Part shown: positions 16,590 to 25,346 of the stretch, piece by piece
Layout: the number at the start of each line of letters is the position of its first letter
Position numbering within the stretch: position 1 is the stretch's first letter
Notes under the pieces: model-generated
What the model saw: only the letters and a program-made list of their open reading frames with translations
Database searches by the model: none
Told to the model about the DNA's origin: nothing
Assembly (NCBI GenBank): GCA_030649775.1
Contig: JAUSFR010000013.1
Location: 1 to 35,161 of the forward strand
DNA from: a bacterium
GTDB lineage: Bacteria > Patescibacteriota > Minisyncoccia > Phycocordibacterales > UBA10002
Direction of reading: 5' to 3'
Length of the DNA stretch: 35,161 nt
Position numbers and translations under genes: made by a program

Positions 16590-18119
16590 ATGTTTCCCTA
16601 TTTCAACAAACAAAACACTCTGCGTTTGTTGCAAAACCCACTCTGCATCATCCTGCTTGGGGTTGTCCTTCTCGGAGTAACCTCGTTTTTGAATGTACCC
16701 ATCGGGAACGATGAAGGCGGATGGGGATATATCGGACGGGCCTTCGCGAACGGGGAACTCCTTCCGTATTCAGGTATTGCGGACAACAAAACTCCGGGCA
16801 TTTTTTATCTGAACGCTTTGTCATACACGCTTTTTGGGGCGAATGTCTGGTTTCCCCGTTTGCTCGCGCTCATCGCCACCGTGCTTACGGCGCTCTTCAT
16901 ATACCGTGCTCTCAAGCACGCCGTCAACAAGCGAACCGCTCTTTTTTCGATGACAGCCTTTCTGCTTTTGATGCCTCTTCCTGCCGTGGACGGGTCATAC
17001 GCGCAAACCGAGACATTTATGAATTTGTTTGTCATTGTCTCTTTTTATTTTTTGGTTGTCGGAAGAACCTGGAAAAAATACACGCTCGCCGTCTTACTTT
17101 CCGGACTTTTTCTCGGTTTCGCTGTCGCGTTTAGACAAAGTGCGATAGTGAGCGTCTTTCCGCTCCTCGTCTTCCTGGCATTTTTTGTGGGTTATGACCA
17201 GAAGCGCTCCCTTACTGGCGCGGGCGTCTTCTTGCTTGGGGCGGGTGTCGCTACCGTACTTTCTCTACTTCCGTACGCGCTCCGTGGCGGACAGTTCATG
17301 GGTTACCTCAATGGCGCGTGGCTGTTTTTCCTCAAGGGTAATGTTGGGGTTATCACGGGTGGGCTTCTTCATAGGGTTTCGGGATTTCTTACCCACTTTT
17401 TTGTTCCCGAAATGTTTTTTCTCGCGAGTTCGGTGTTACTCTTGTGTGTCTTCTTCAAAAAGATAAAGCAGTCGGGACTACTCTTTGCGACCCCGCTTCT
17501 CGTTTGGGTCATTTCGGATTTTCTCTCATATAACCTTGAGGGAACGTATTTTCCGCATCATCTGAAGCTCCTCGTACTCTCGTGGTCCATTGCCTTTGGT
17601 GTTGTTGTGGACTTTTTCTTGAGGCGCGCTTCTTCGGAAGCAAGCGTCCCCGCGCTTACCTCCAAAGTGGATTCTGTGAAAAAAGAGGAGAGGGAAGGAT
17701 TGCACGGCGCTTTCGTGGTGGTGGCTCTTATTGTGTTCTTTGTATGCTTTCAAAATACCTATTACGGAACGGCACGAGCGTTTCTCAAAGGGAGCGTGAG
17801 ACACGATTTTCGGGACACGGGACTACTGGTAGAGCGTATGACACAGCAGGGCGACACCATCTATGTCTACGGCCTCCATACCGGCCCCATCTATTACTAT
17901 GCCCTTCGTAACAGTCCTAGCCGATACTTTGAGACGCAACAGCTCGGGATGGAGGGTGCGCTTCAAGAGCTCCAACGCAAACTTACAGAGAAACGACCGA
18001 AGATTATTGTTGTCCCTCTGGAGGAGGAGGTTCCTCCCTGGCTGTCGGCGTTTCTGGAACAAGGCTACCGTGAGGAGCCCCCGCAGTTTGGATATATGTT
18101 CTTCAAAGACACGCGCTAG
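16590..18119 (+). CDS. GT-C-type membrane glycosyltransferase (PMT_2-like)
   Basis: DEG.W.YIG, PY....DNKTPG, TETF and YFPHH motifs; polytopic with a C-terminal soluble domain. Confidence 0.8.
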   Translation: MFPYFNKQNTLRLLQNPLCIILLGVVLLGVTSFLNVPIGNDEGGWGYIGRAFANGELLPYSGIADNKTPGIFYLNALSYTLFGANVWFPRLLALIATVLTALFIYRALKHAVNKRTALFSMTAFLLLMPLPAVDGSYAQTETFMNLFVIVSFYFLVVGRTWKKYTLAVLLSGLFLGFAVAFRQSAIVSVFPLLVFLAFFVGYDQKRSLTGAGVFLLGAGVATVLSLLPYALRGGQFMGYLNGAWLFFLKGNVGVITGGLLHRVSGFLTHFFVPEMFFLASSVLLLCVFFKKIKQSGLLFATPLLVWVISDFLSYNLEGTYFPHHLKLLVLSWSIAFGVVVDFFLRRASSEASVPALTSKVDSVKKEEREGLHGAFVVVALIVFFVCFQNTYYGTARAFLKGSVRHDFRDTGLLVERMTQQGDTIYVYGLHTGPIYYYALRNSPSRYFETQQLGMEGALQELQRKLTEKRPKIIVVPLEEEVPPWLSAFLEQGYREEPPQFGYMFFKDTR

Positions 18120-18847
18120 TTCGGGATTTTCTTCGGCAACGTTTTTTTGATGAGCCAAAAGTTCTTGAGAATGTGTACGATAATCTTCGGCAATTTTTTA
18201 ACGGGGAGTCCCCGTGAGATACCAAACCTCCGAGGGAAGTGACTCACCGGCACTTCGATTACCTTAAACCCGCCATATACCGCCTTTACCGAAAGTTCTG
18301 CGTTGTTGCAGTACTGCAAGCGCCACTCCTCGGTGAGTAGGAAGGTAACGAGCTTTCGTTTCATCAGTCTGAAGCCACAGTTGCTGTCGTGAAGACGTAC
18401 CCCAAAGTACCACGCGATAAACGTGTTAAAGACGTAGGTCAGCACCAAGCGATACAGCGCGTCCTTGCGCTCTTTTTTCCACCCCACCACCATATCGGCA
18501 TCCTGAAGCTTTTCATACATCTTCCAGAAGTCGTCGGGGTCGTGCTGTCCGTCGCTGTCGCTAAAAAAGATAACCTGATTTTTTGCCGCCCGAAGACCGT
18601 CACGCATGGCGTTTGTGTAGCCACGCTTGCCCTCACGCATATCAAGCGTGAGGTGGTAGGTATCCTTGATAGCGTGCAGGATGTCCTTGGTGCCGTCGGT
18701 ACTGCCGTCTTCACAGACGATACACTCGGACCCGGGGATTTTTGAGATGACCTTCTCGTAGAATTCCTTGATAACCTCTTTGATGCTTCCCGCCTCTTGG
18801 TGGACGACAAGTACGAGCGAGATGGGTTGTAGCGGGTTTGGGGTCAT
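18116..18847 (-). CDS. GT2 glycosyltransferase (Dpm1-like)
   Basis: EDGSTDGT, DSDGQHDP, D.NCGFRL and EVPVSHFPR motifs. Confidence 0.9.
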   Translation of the reverse strand: MTPNPLQPISLVLVVHQEAGSIKEVIKEFYEKVISKIPGSECIVCEDGSTDGTKDILHAIKDTYHLTLDMREGKRGYTNAMRDGLRAAKNQVIFFSDSDGQHDPDDFWKMYEKLQDADMVVGWKKERKDALYRLVLTYVFNTFIAWYFGVRLHDSNCGFRLMKRKLVTFLLTEEWRLQYCNNAELSVKAVYGGFKVIEVPVSHFPRRFGISRGLPVKKLPKIIVHILKNFWLIKKTLPKKIPN

Positions 18848-20157
18848 AACCGATTTAATTTTTCGGCAAGCGCCATAGCATGTTCAATAACTTTGTCGGA
18901 GTTCATATACTCAAACTCGGCAAAACGTCCGCACGATTCAATTCCGTTACTGCGTAAATATGACAGGACCGAATCGGTGTCCTTGCGGTGATTGAGGGTA
19001 TACATGACGTACGCGTATTTTTCTTTTCTGATGTCGGTAAAATTGACCTCTTTCTTGGAATCAATAAAGCCAACCCGCGCCATATCGGACACACACCGTT
19101 CTATAATCTGTTTCGGGGTCATTGTGTCGTAGCGGTCGTGCTCCCTAAAGGTTACCTCAAGCATAAAAGTGGACGACCCGGGTTTGTGGTAATGTCTACC
19201 CATAAAATCGAGCTTGCTCATCCGGTGAAAGATAACATCTTTTTGGGGCACGTTAAAGGCAAAATGCTTTCCCACGTTTTCTTTTTTGACGTTTACGATG
19301 ACAATATAAATAGAATTGTAGAGTAAGCGGTTTACGGCACTCATGATGTCTTCCGGCACGGAGGGGAGTATCCGCATCAGTTCGTGGATGGGCATACAGC
19401 TTATGATACGGTCAAACAAAAACTCCCCGGTGGGCGTTTTGACGCTCCACTGACCACCTTTTTTTACCACGGCTGAAGCTCCACTCTCCGCGTAAATCTC
19501 CACTCCTTTTTTCTCTATCTTTTTCTTTACCGCGTCAATCATAGATTGATATCCGCCCTTTTTGGGGTAGTGGAAAAAGAGCTGGTGGAGATACCCCTCG
19601 GAATATTTGCCTTTGGCGGAATTGATAATGTCTTCATCGGGCGGTCTCGGGATACGGCCGACCATCTGGGTGTCCAGCATCGAGGGGTCAAATTTCCAGA
19701 TTTTTTCGTTGTAGGGCTGGAGATAGGTGCGCGTGATACCTTCACCGAATGTTTTCAGAAAAAAGGCGAGCATATTTTCCGCGGGCATGTCTTTATACGG
19801 ATTGTGCAAAAAGGAACTTAGACAGTAGGCAATTGCCTCTTTATCCTTCAGTTGACCCAAAAAGTTCTCAAACGGATACGTGATGTATTTTCCGTTAAGA
19901 AAGATGAGGTTTGAGCGCTTCATCCGATTGGTCGGGGTGATGGTGGTCATGTAGTCCAGCACTTTTTGGTTTTTGGAGAACATAATATGCGGGCCGATAT
20001 CGTAGGTTACCCCGCCCGCGCTGTAGGAACGGCAGAGTCCTCCGACTTTCTTTTCCTTTTCCAGAATGGCGATATCGGGTTCATGCAAAAAATCCGCGAG
20101 ACTAAGTCCCGCAATACCTCCGCCCAAAATCCCTATTTTCTTTCGCACGATAGCCAT
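18844..20157 (-). CDS. FAD-dependent UDP-galactopyranose-mutase-like protein
   Basis: GGGIAG, EK...GGLCRS, DIGPH, YNEKIW, YPKKGG and GRFAEFEYMNSD motifs. Confidence 0.75.
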   Translation of the reverse strand: MAIVRKKIGILGGGIAGLSLADFLHEPDIAILEKEKKVGGLCRSYSAGGVTYDIGPHIMFSKNQKVLDYMTTITPTNRMKRSNLIFLNGKYITYPFENFLGQLKDKEAIAYCLSSFLHNPYKDMPAENMLAFFLKTFGEGITRTYLQPYNEKIWKFDPSMLDTQMVGRIPRPPDEDIINSAKGKYSEGYLHQLFFHYPKKGGYQSMIDAVKKKIEKKGVEIYAESGASAVVKKGGQWSVKTPTGEFLFDRIISCMPIHELMRILPSVPEDIMSAVNRLLYNSIYIVIVNVKKENVGKHFAFNVPQKDVIFHRMSKLDFMGRHYHKPGSSTFMLEVTFREHDRYDTMTPKQIIERCVSDMARVGFIDSKKEVNFTDIRKEKYAYVMYTLNHRKDTDSVLSYLRSNGIESCGRFAEFEYMNSDKVIEHAMALAEKLNRL

Positions 20158-20164
20158 AGAGTAA

Positions 20165-20728
20165 TCAAGACGTCTTTTTAAAATGGTCGGTGATAAGATG
20201 GAACACCATCATATGGATATCTTCCACCACTCCGTAGTCGTTACTTTCGACGACGAGGCAGTCATCCACGAGTTTCTTTGCTTTTCCTCCCTCAAACCCG
20301 AACATTCCGAATGTGTCCACCCCCATCGATTGGGCAACCCGTATAGCTTCCAAGATGTTTGGCGAATTTCCGCTCGCGGAAATCGGGATAAATATATCAC
20401 CCTTTTGTGCAAAGTTCTTGAGTCCCTCGGAGAATACATAGTCGTACCCCGCGTCGTTCCCCCATGCCGTGAGGAGTGGTACATTGTCGCTTAAGCATAC
20501 GGCTCGTATTCCTTTTTTGGCTTTCCCTACAAGAATGGTTTTGCCCAAATCACACGCGATATGCGAAGCGGTGGCCGCACTCCCGCCGTTTCCGGCAAAG
20601 AAAACGCGTGTACCCCCTTTGAGCGCCTTTCCAAGTTTTTGCTCCAAGCGCGCAATCTTTTGCGCGTCAATCGTGTCCAGCGTCTTTCGTAGTCGGCTCA
20701 AGTAGTGTTGTGGATTGAATGCGCTCAT
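20165..20728 (-). CDS. gmhA: phosphoheptose isomerase (SIS domain)
   Basis: GNGGSAATASH, TAWGND, SASGNSPN and EDIH motifs. Confidence 0.92.
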   Translation of the reverse strand: MSAFNPQHYLSRLRKTLDTIDAQKIARLEQKLGKALKGGTRVFFAGNGGSAATASHIACDLGKTILVGKAKKGIRAVCLSDNVPLLTAWGNDAGYDYVFSEGLKNFAQKGDIFIPISASGNSPNILEAIRVAQSMGVDTFGMFGFEGGKAKKLVDDCLVVESNDYGVVEDIHMMVFHLITDHFKKTS

Positions 20729-21708
20729 TCGTGAATGAAGATTATTTTACTACCTTCCGGCTCAAAGCAGACCGGTACAGGTCGAAGTTTTGGAAGCGCC
20801 TTTACAATGGCCTCGTGTCTTTCGAGAGGAGCGTAGAACATTAAAAAACCTCCGCCTCCCGCGCCGAGCACCTTACCGCCGAGTGCGCCATTTTGTCGGC
20901 CTACGGTATACCACCTGTCTATGTCGGGGGAGGTGATACCCGTCGCCATCTCTTTCTTGTACATCCAACCGGTATGCAAAATGTCTCCGATACCGCCAAG
21001 CGCATTTTTTTGGAGTTCGGTATGAAAGTCGTGAGCGAGCGCGACCATTTTTTTCATCAGCGTGAAGAGCTTTTTGTTTTTGTCTAAATTCGCACTTTGC
21101 TCCGAGAGCACACCCGACGCCTTTCGGCTAATTCCCGTATAGAGGAGCAAAATGTTCTTCTCAAGGTCGCGTTTGGTATTGGGAAGGCACACCACCGGAT
21201 GGACGCTCACGCGATGGTCTTCGTGGAACAACATCTTGTTAAACCCGCCGTACGCTACGCTGTGCTGGTCCTGTCGCCCGATAGGCTCTTTCAGTATATC
21301 CATCTCAATTTCGCAGGCTTGCTTCGCGAGTGACCTCGGCGAGCTAAACTGCCGATTGTACGCCTGGAGGGCGTTTAAGAGTCCCACCGTAAAGGCGCTT
21401 GAGGAGCCAAGGCCGGTGCCCTTTGAGGGGATATCGGCAATGGAGGTGATTTCCACTCCGCCCGGGATATTTAGTTTTCGGAGCACTTCGCGGACAATCG
21501 GGTGCTTGATACGCTCGGGCCTTCTCACATTTTCTGTTTTGGAGTAGCTTAACCGAATGTCGCCATCAAATTTCTTGTTGACGGTCACGTAAATATATTT
21601 ATCAATCGTGCTCGTGATGACCGCGCCTTCGGACCGCTCATAAAAAGACGGCAAATCGCTTCCGCCACCGACAAAACTCATTCGCAGGGGTGTTTTGGAA
21701 ATAATCAT
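20725..21708 (-). CDS. hddA: D-glycero-D-manno-heptose 7-phosphate kinase (GHMP)
   Basis: TPLRMSFVGGGSD, GTGLGSSS, GRQDQ and GGKVLGAGGGGF motifs. Confidence 0.9.
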   Translation of the reverse strand: MIISKTPLRMSFVGGGSDLPSFYERSEGAVITSTIDKYIYVTVNKKFDGDIRLSYSKTENVRRPERIKHPIVREVLRKLNIPGGVEITSIADIPSKGTGLGSSSAFTVGLLNALQAYNRQFSSPRSLAKQACEIEMDILKEPIGRQDQHSVAYGGFNKMLFHEDHRVSVHPVVCLPNTKRDLEKNILLLYTGISRKASGVLSEQSANLDKNKKLFTLMKKMVALAHDFHTELQKNALGGIGDILHTGWMYKKEMATGITSPDIDRWYTVGRQNGALGGKVLGAGGGGFLMFYAPLERHEAIVKALPKLRPVPVCFEPEGSKIIFIHE

Positions 21709-21735
21709 AGTCGTAAAAACTCGTGTGTACCTAGT

Positions 21736-21765
21736 AATCTAGCACCTCGTGGCGGGAATTGACAA
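21736..21765 (-). promoter_or_regulatory. possible promoter for the hddA-gmhA operon
   Basis: Minus strand TTGTCA-18 nt-TAGATT with a TG extension; its -35 overlaps the plus-strand TTGACA. Confidence 0.45.
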
Positions 21766-21786
21766 ATCACATTAAATCAGTATAAT
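21759..21786 (+). promoter_or_regulatory. consensus sigma70 promoter
   Basis: TTGACA-16 nt-TATAAT. Confidence 0.8.
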
Positions 21787-21844
21787 CACCCGAAATGTCC
21801 TTTTGAGAGAGAGGCAGTCAAAAACCACAAAACGAAGGAGAACT

Positions 21845-22702
21845 ATGCACAATATCAGTCTGACCCTCACCGGTCAGAAGGTTACTGCGGGCGGAACACG
21901 TCAGCCGGTCACCAAACGGATGATAACGAGGCCGTGGCAGGCGCTACAGCCGGCGGGGGGAACCGTTTGTCCTTTTTGCCCACCGGAGCGCAGTGGCAAA
22001 CTGGACAAGCTGGAGGCACAGGGCGAAGTCATTGAGTGGTATCCGAGTAAGGAAAACTACAAGTTGGTTTCGCTCAAAAACATCTTCACCCCGTTCCTCT
22101 ACCACGAACTGCTGGTTCCGAAAGATGAGCACCTGTGGCCGAGTAGCGTAACCGAACTTGCGGAGGTGCTGAAAATCATTTTCCGCATTCTGCGAGAACG
22201 GGTGTTTCCAGTCAGGGGCGTAGAGAGCGCGCAATTCGGCTTCCACCATGGTCAGCATGCGGGACAAAACATGTCGCACCCGCATTGGCACATCATAGGG
22301 AGCGACTGGCCAACACACAGTGAGTGCGAGTGGTGCGAATGGCGACAAAAAGAAAGCTCCATTCTTTTTAAAAGTGAATCGTTCGTCGCTCTGCTTGATG
22401 GTGTCCGTGCGGGCGAAACCGTTATCGTCAGTCGCGTCCATCATCAGAAATGGGAGGGAAAGGAAGACGAGATAGCGGACAGGCTGGGGCAAGTGGTACG
22501 GCTGTTCCAAGAACGCTTCAACAACCCCGACTTCATCATAAGTTCCGCTCTGGAGTCAGGTGGTCACTTCTGGCTGTCCTATACCCCCATTTTGAACCAG
22601 TGGGGATGCACCGAGGTTCTCGCCACAAGAGGGCTCGGTCCGTACGCTCACCCATGTTCGCCTGAAGCGATGCTTCAGTACCTTCGCACAGGGAAGCTTT
22701 AG
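21845..22702 (+). CDS. GalT-like / HIT-superfamily nucleotidyltransferase (divergent)
   Basis: RP, CPFC, N.F.P, HE, AGQNMSHPHWH and CEWC motifs; SD sequence AAGGAG at 21835-21840 before ATG 21845. Confidence 0.7.
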   Translation: MHNISLTLTGQKVTAGGTRQPVTKRMITRPWQALQPAGGTVCPFCPPERSGKLDKLEAQGEVIEWYPSKENYKLVSLKNIFTPFLYHELLVPKDEHLWPSSVTELAEVLKIIFRILRERVFPVRGVESAQFGFHHGQHAGQNMSHPHWHIIGSDWPTHSECEWCEWRQKESSILFKSESFVALLDGVRAGETVIVSRVHHQKWEGKEDEIADRLGQVVRLFQERFNNPDFIISSALESGGHFWLSYTPILNQWGCTEVLATRGLGPYAHPCSPEAMLQYLRTGKL

Positions 22703-22722
22703 GCTTCACCACGCAAAACTTC

Positions 22723-22756
22723 TAGCCAATCTTTCCACGCGAAGATTGGCTATTTT
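22723..22756 (+). terminator. intrinsic terminator of the GalT-like gene
   Basis: TAGCCAATCTT-loop-AAGATTGGCTA-TTTT; overlaps the stop codon of the convergent gene. Confidence 0.75.
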
Positions 22757-24078
22757 CTTAGAATGAAATTGACTGCTCGTAGCAAATCTTTTTTCAGCGT
22801 GATAGGAATACGGTTTTTGGTGCTTGCGACATCAATGTCTTTACATCCGTAACCCGTTTTCACTCCCACAAACGGAACTCGGGCGTTTCCGGCCGTTTCG
22901 GCATCACGAAGACTGTCTCCCACAAAGTAGCTTTTCTTCACATCTATATTGAGTTCCTTTACCGCCCGCTCTAGCATCCCCGTTTTTGGCTTTCGACAAT
23001 CGCACGCGATTTTATATTTTTTGTTTTCTCCTTTGAACCCCTTGTCCGGATGGTGCGGGCAAAAATAAATGCCGTCCAGTTTTGCCCCCTCACGGCCGAG
23101 AAGCGTTTCCATTTTTTTATGGATGTGGAGCACGTCGTCAAATGAACACAAGCCCTTGGCCACCACCGGCTGGTTGGAAATCACCACCGCGAAGTAATCA
23201 CTCGCGTTGATGCTTTGTATAGCTTTCGCGACATCAGGCAAGAGTTCAAAGTCTTGTGGGTGGTGCAGGTTTCCCACTTCCTTATTGATGACCCCGTCAC
23301 GGTCCAAAAAGATTGCCGGTCGTTTGTGTTGAAGGCTCATTTTGCCAAATCTACCGCTACGGACATCACGGTTAACCTCGCGAAGCCTCTCTGGGGTACC
23401 GATATCTTTTATGTATTCGGGAGTGAAGTAGGCGACAAAGGAGTTTTTCTGTGTGCGTAGGGTGTTTGGAAACACATCACGTCCAAAGTCCGCGTGCGTG
23501 CCTTCCGGTATATACTCAAAAATCTTTGGGGTGAGCACGTAGAGTGGAGTGCTCACCAAATTGCGAAACCAGAGTTCGGGAGAATGAGGCTTGGTCAAGA
23601 ATGACAAGATAAGATTGTCGGAGCTCATTTCCACGAGGTTGCTGTCCATCGGGTGGTCGTTTGGATGTACCGCGAGAGTACCAACAAGCGTCTTGTGTTT
23701 CACTTTTTGACGCGCGTGAAAAGCGAGCAGACGCTTGAGGTCCACCTGCATAAGCTCATCTCCATAGAGCACCAAGAAGTCCGTGGTCAAATGCTTTTCC
23801 GCCGACTTTACGGCTCCCGCGGTACCGAGCGGTAAATCCTCCGAAAGACAACGGATGGAGAGGCCAAAACGAGACCCGTTCCCGCAGAATTTCTCTATGT
23901 GTTCTCCGAGGTGGTTCGTTAGTATAAAAACGTTCTTAAACCCGTGCGACTTGAGGAGGTTTAATTGGTATTCGAGCAGGGGTTTGCCGGCAATGGGGAG
24001 GAGGGCTTTGGGTACGCGCCTACCGCGCTCGCCCATTCGTGTTCCTTTTCCTCCCGCGATGATAACCGCCGTGTTCAT
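22750..24078 (-). CDS. fused heptose-1-phosphate nucleotidyltransferase and heptose-1,7-bisphosphate phosphatase (HddC-GmhB)
   Basis: AGGKGTR..PK, PLGTAG, YGD and DIGTPER, followed by FLDRDGVIN, SNQP, CPHHP, CDCRKP and GD. Confidence 0.9.
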   Translation of the reverse strand: MNTAVIIAGGKGTRMGERGRRVPKALLPIAGKPLLEYQLNLLKSHGFKNVFILTNHLGEHIEKFCGNGSRFGLSIRCLSEDLPLGTAGAVKSAEKHLTTDFLVLYGDELMQVDLKRLLAFHARQKVKHKTLVGTLAVHPNDHPMDSNLVEMSSDNLILSFLTKPHSPELWFRNLVSTPLYVLTPKIFEYIPEGTHADFGRDVFPNTLRTQKNSFVAYFTPEYIKDIGTPERLREVNRDVRSGRFGKMSLQHKRPAIFLDRDGVINKEVGNLHHPQDFELLPDVAKAIQSINASDYFAVVISNQPVVAKGLCSFDDVLHIHKKMETLLGREGAKLDGIYFCPHHPDKGFKGENKKYKIACDCRKPKTGMLERAVKELNIDVKKSYFVGDSLRDAETAGNARVPFVGVKTGYGCKDIDVASTKNRIPITLKKDLLRAVNFILRK

Positions 24079-24088
24079 AAGATAAACA

Positions 24089-24132
24089 TACCAATCTACG
24101 AATAATACTAATGATACGAATACCTACGAATA
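24089..24132 (-). repeat. about 9-nt periodic ATT(C/A/G)GTA array upstream of the hddC-gmhB start
   Basis: Minus strand TTATTCGTAGGTATTCGTATCATTAGTATTATTCGTAGATTGGTA; homologous to 212-256. Confidence 0.75.
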
Positions 24133-24164
24133 ACGGGGATACCTTGCGCTCCCGCACAGGATTC

Positions 24165-24209
24165 GGGGCGACAACACAGGGTGAAGCGCCCCGTGGTGTC
24201 GCACCCTAC
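24165..24209 (-). repeat. GTAG-type REP-like hairpin
   Basis: Minus strand GTAGGGTGCGACACCACGGGGCGCTTCACCCTGTGTTGTCGCCCC forms a long GC-rich stem. Confidence 0.65.
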
Positions 24210-24211
24210 AC

Positions 24212-25183
24212 TTACGAATGCTTCATTTTTAAATCCGCTAGTATATCCTTCGCACCCGCACTGAAGGCTTCAAGAGAGGTGGGGTACTTCGGTTTCCAAC
24301 CCAAGGATTTGAGTTTGGATACATCAAGGCGTACCGTGTGCACGTCTCCCGGCCACCCGCGCACTCCGCCGGCAAACCGTACTTCCACATTTTTGAGTCC
24401 CATTTCCGCGATGACGATATCCGCGATGTCGCGCACAAACACCCCGCCCGTCGTGCCCAAGTTAAACAAATTGAGAGGCTCATGCGCATGCACGAGCCCG
24501 AACAGCATTCCATCTACGCAATCGTGCACCTCAATGTACGGCTTGGATTGTTTTCCGTCTCCGAGCACGGGAAGTACGGACGGGTCTTTCTTCAATTTTT
24601 CGTAGAAATCCAAGACAACGCCGTGTGTGGGTCGCTTTCCCACGATATTACCGAAGCGATACATCCACGCCTGTATGCCGAAATTGTGAACGTACGCGGA
24701 GATGACGGCCTCGCAGGCGAGTTTACTCGCTCCATAAAAAGAAATGGGGAGAAGCGGTCCATAATTTTCGGCGGTGGGGGAGACGGTCGCCTCGCCGTAG
24801 ACGACGTTACTTGAAGTGAACACGAGTTTCCCCACACCGGTCTCGCGCATAGCCTGAAGCACGTTGTAAGTCGCTGCCGTTCCTTGCTCCAAGTCAATAT
24901 CGGGATTTTTAGAGCTCTTGATAATATTGGAGTTGGCGGCAAGGTGAAAGACAACGTCCCTGCCCTTCATCGCCTTCGTGAGTTTCCCGACTTCCAAAAG
25001 GTCGGCTTCCACAAACGCAAATTTTGGGTTTCCGAAGTGTGGGGCAATGAATTCCTTTTTCCCAAGCGAAAGATTGTCGTACACAACGACATCATTCCCT
25101 TCGGCCATCAGCCTGTCCACAAGATGGCTCCCGATAAATCCGGCTCCGCCGGTCACCAATACTTTTTTAATGTGTTTTACCAT
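24212..25183 (-). CDS. NAD-dependent epimerase (GalE-like extended SDR)
   Basis: VTGGAGFIGSH, HLAAN, YGASK, RFGNIVG and GDGKQSK motifs; start moved to ATG 25183. Confidence 0.9.
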   Translation of the reverse strand: MVKHIKKVLVTGGAGFIGSHLVDRLMAEGNDVVVYDNLSLGKKEFIAPHFGNPKFAFVEADLLEVGKLTKAMKGRDVVFHLAANSNIIKSSKNPDIDLEQGTAATYNVLQAMRETGVGKLVFTSSNVVYGEATVSPTAENYGPLLPISFYGASKLACEAVISAYVHNFGIQAWMYRFGNIVGKRPTHGVVLDFYEKLKKDPSVLPVLGDGKQSKPYIEVHDCVDGMLFGLVHAHEPLNLFNLGTTGGVFVRDIADIVIAEMGLKNVEVRFAGGVRGWPGDVHTVRLDVSKLKSLGWKPKYPTSLEAFSAGAKDILADLKMKHS

Positions 25184-25211
25184 AAAAAAGAAACTTACCA
25201 AAAAACTAAAC

Positions 25212-25346
25212 AATTTCCAAAGCACAAGAACCCAAAAATTCAAACAAAGCCCCAAACCGTCCCAAACTGTTCAAACCATCTGTCCTGTTTGTGTTTTGCA
25301 TCATTGTGTTTTGTGTGGGTTTTTGGGTATTGTGCTTTGTGCTTTT
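25212..25346. repeat. inverted-repeat element, same family as 10220-10334
   Basis: Arms 25212-25276 and 25287-25346; CAAAGCACAAT..CCAAAAA..CACAATG is shared with 10220-10273. Confidence 0.8.
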
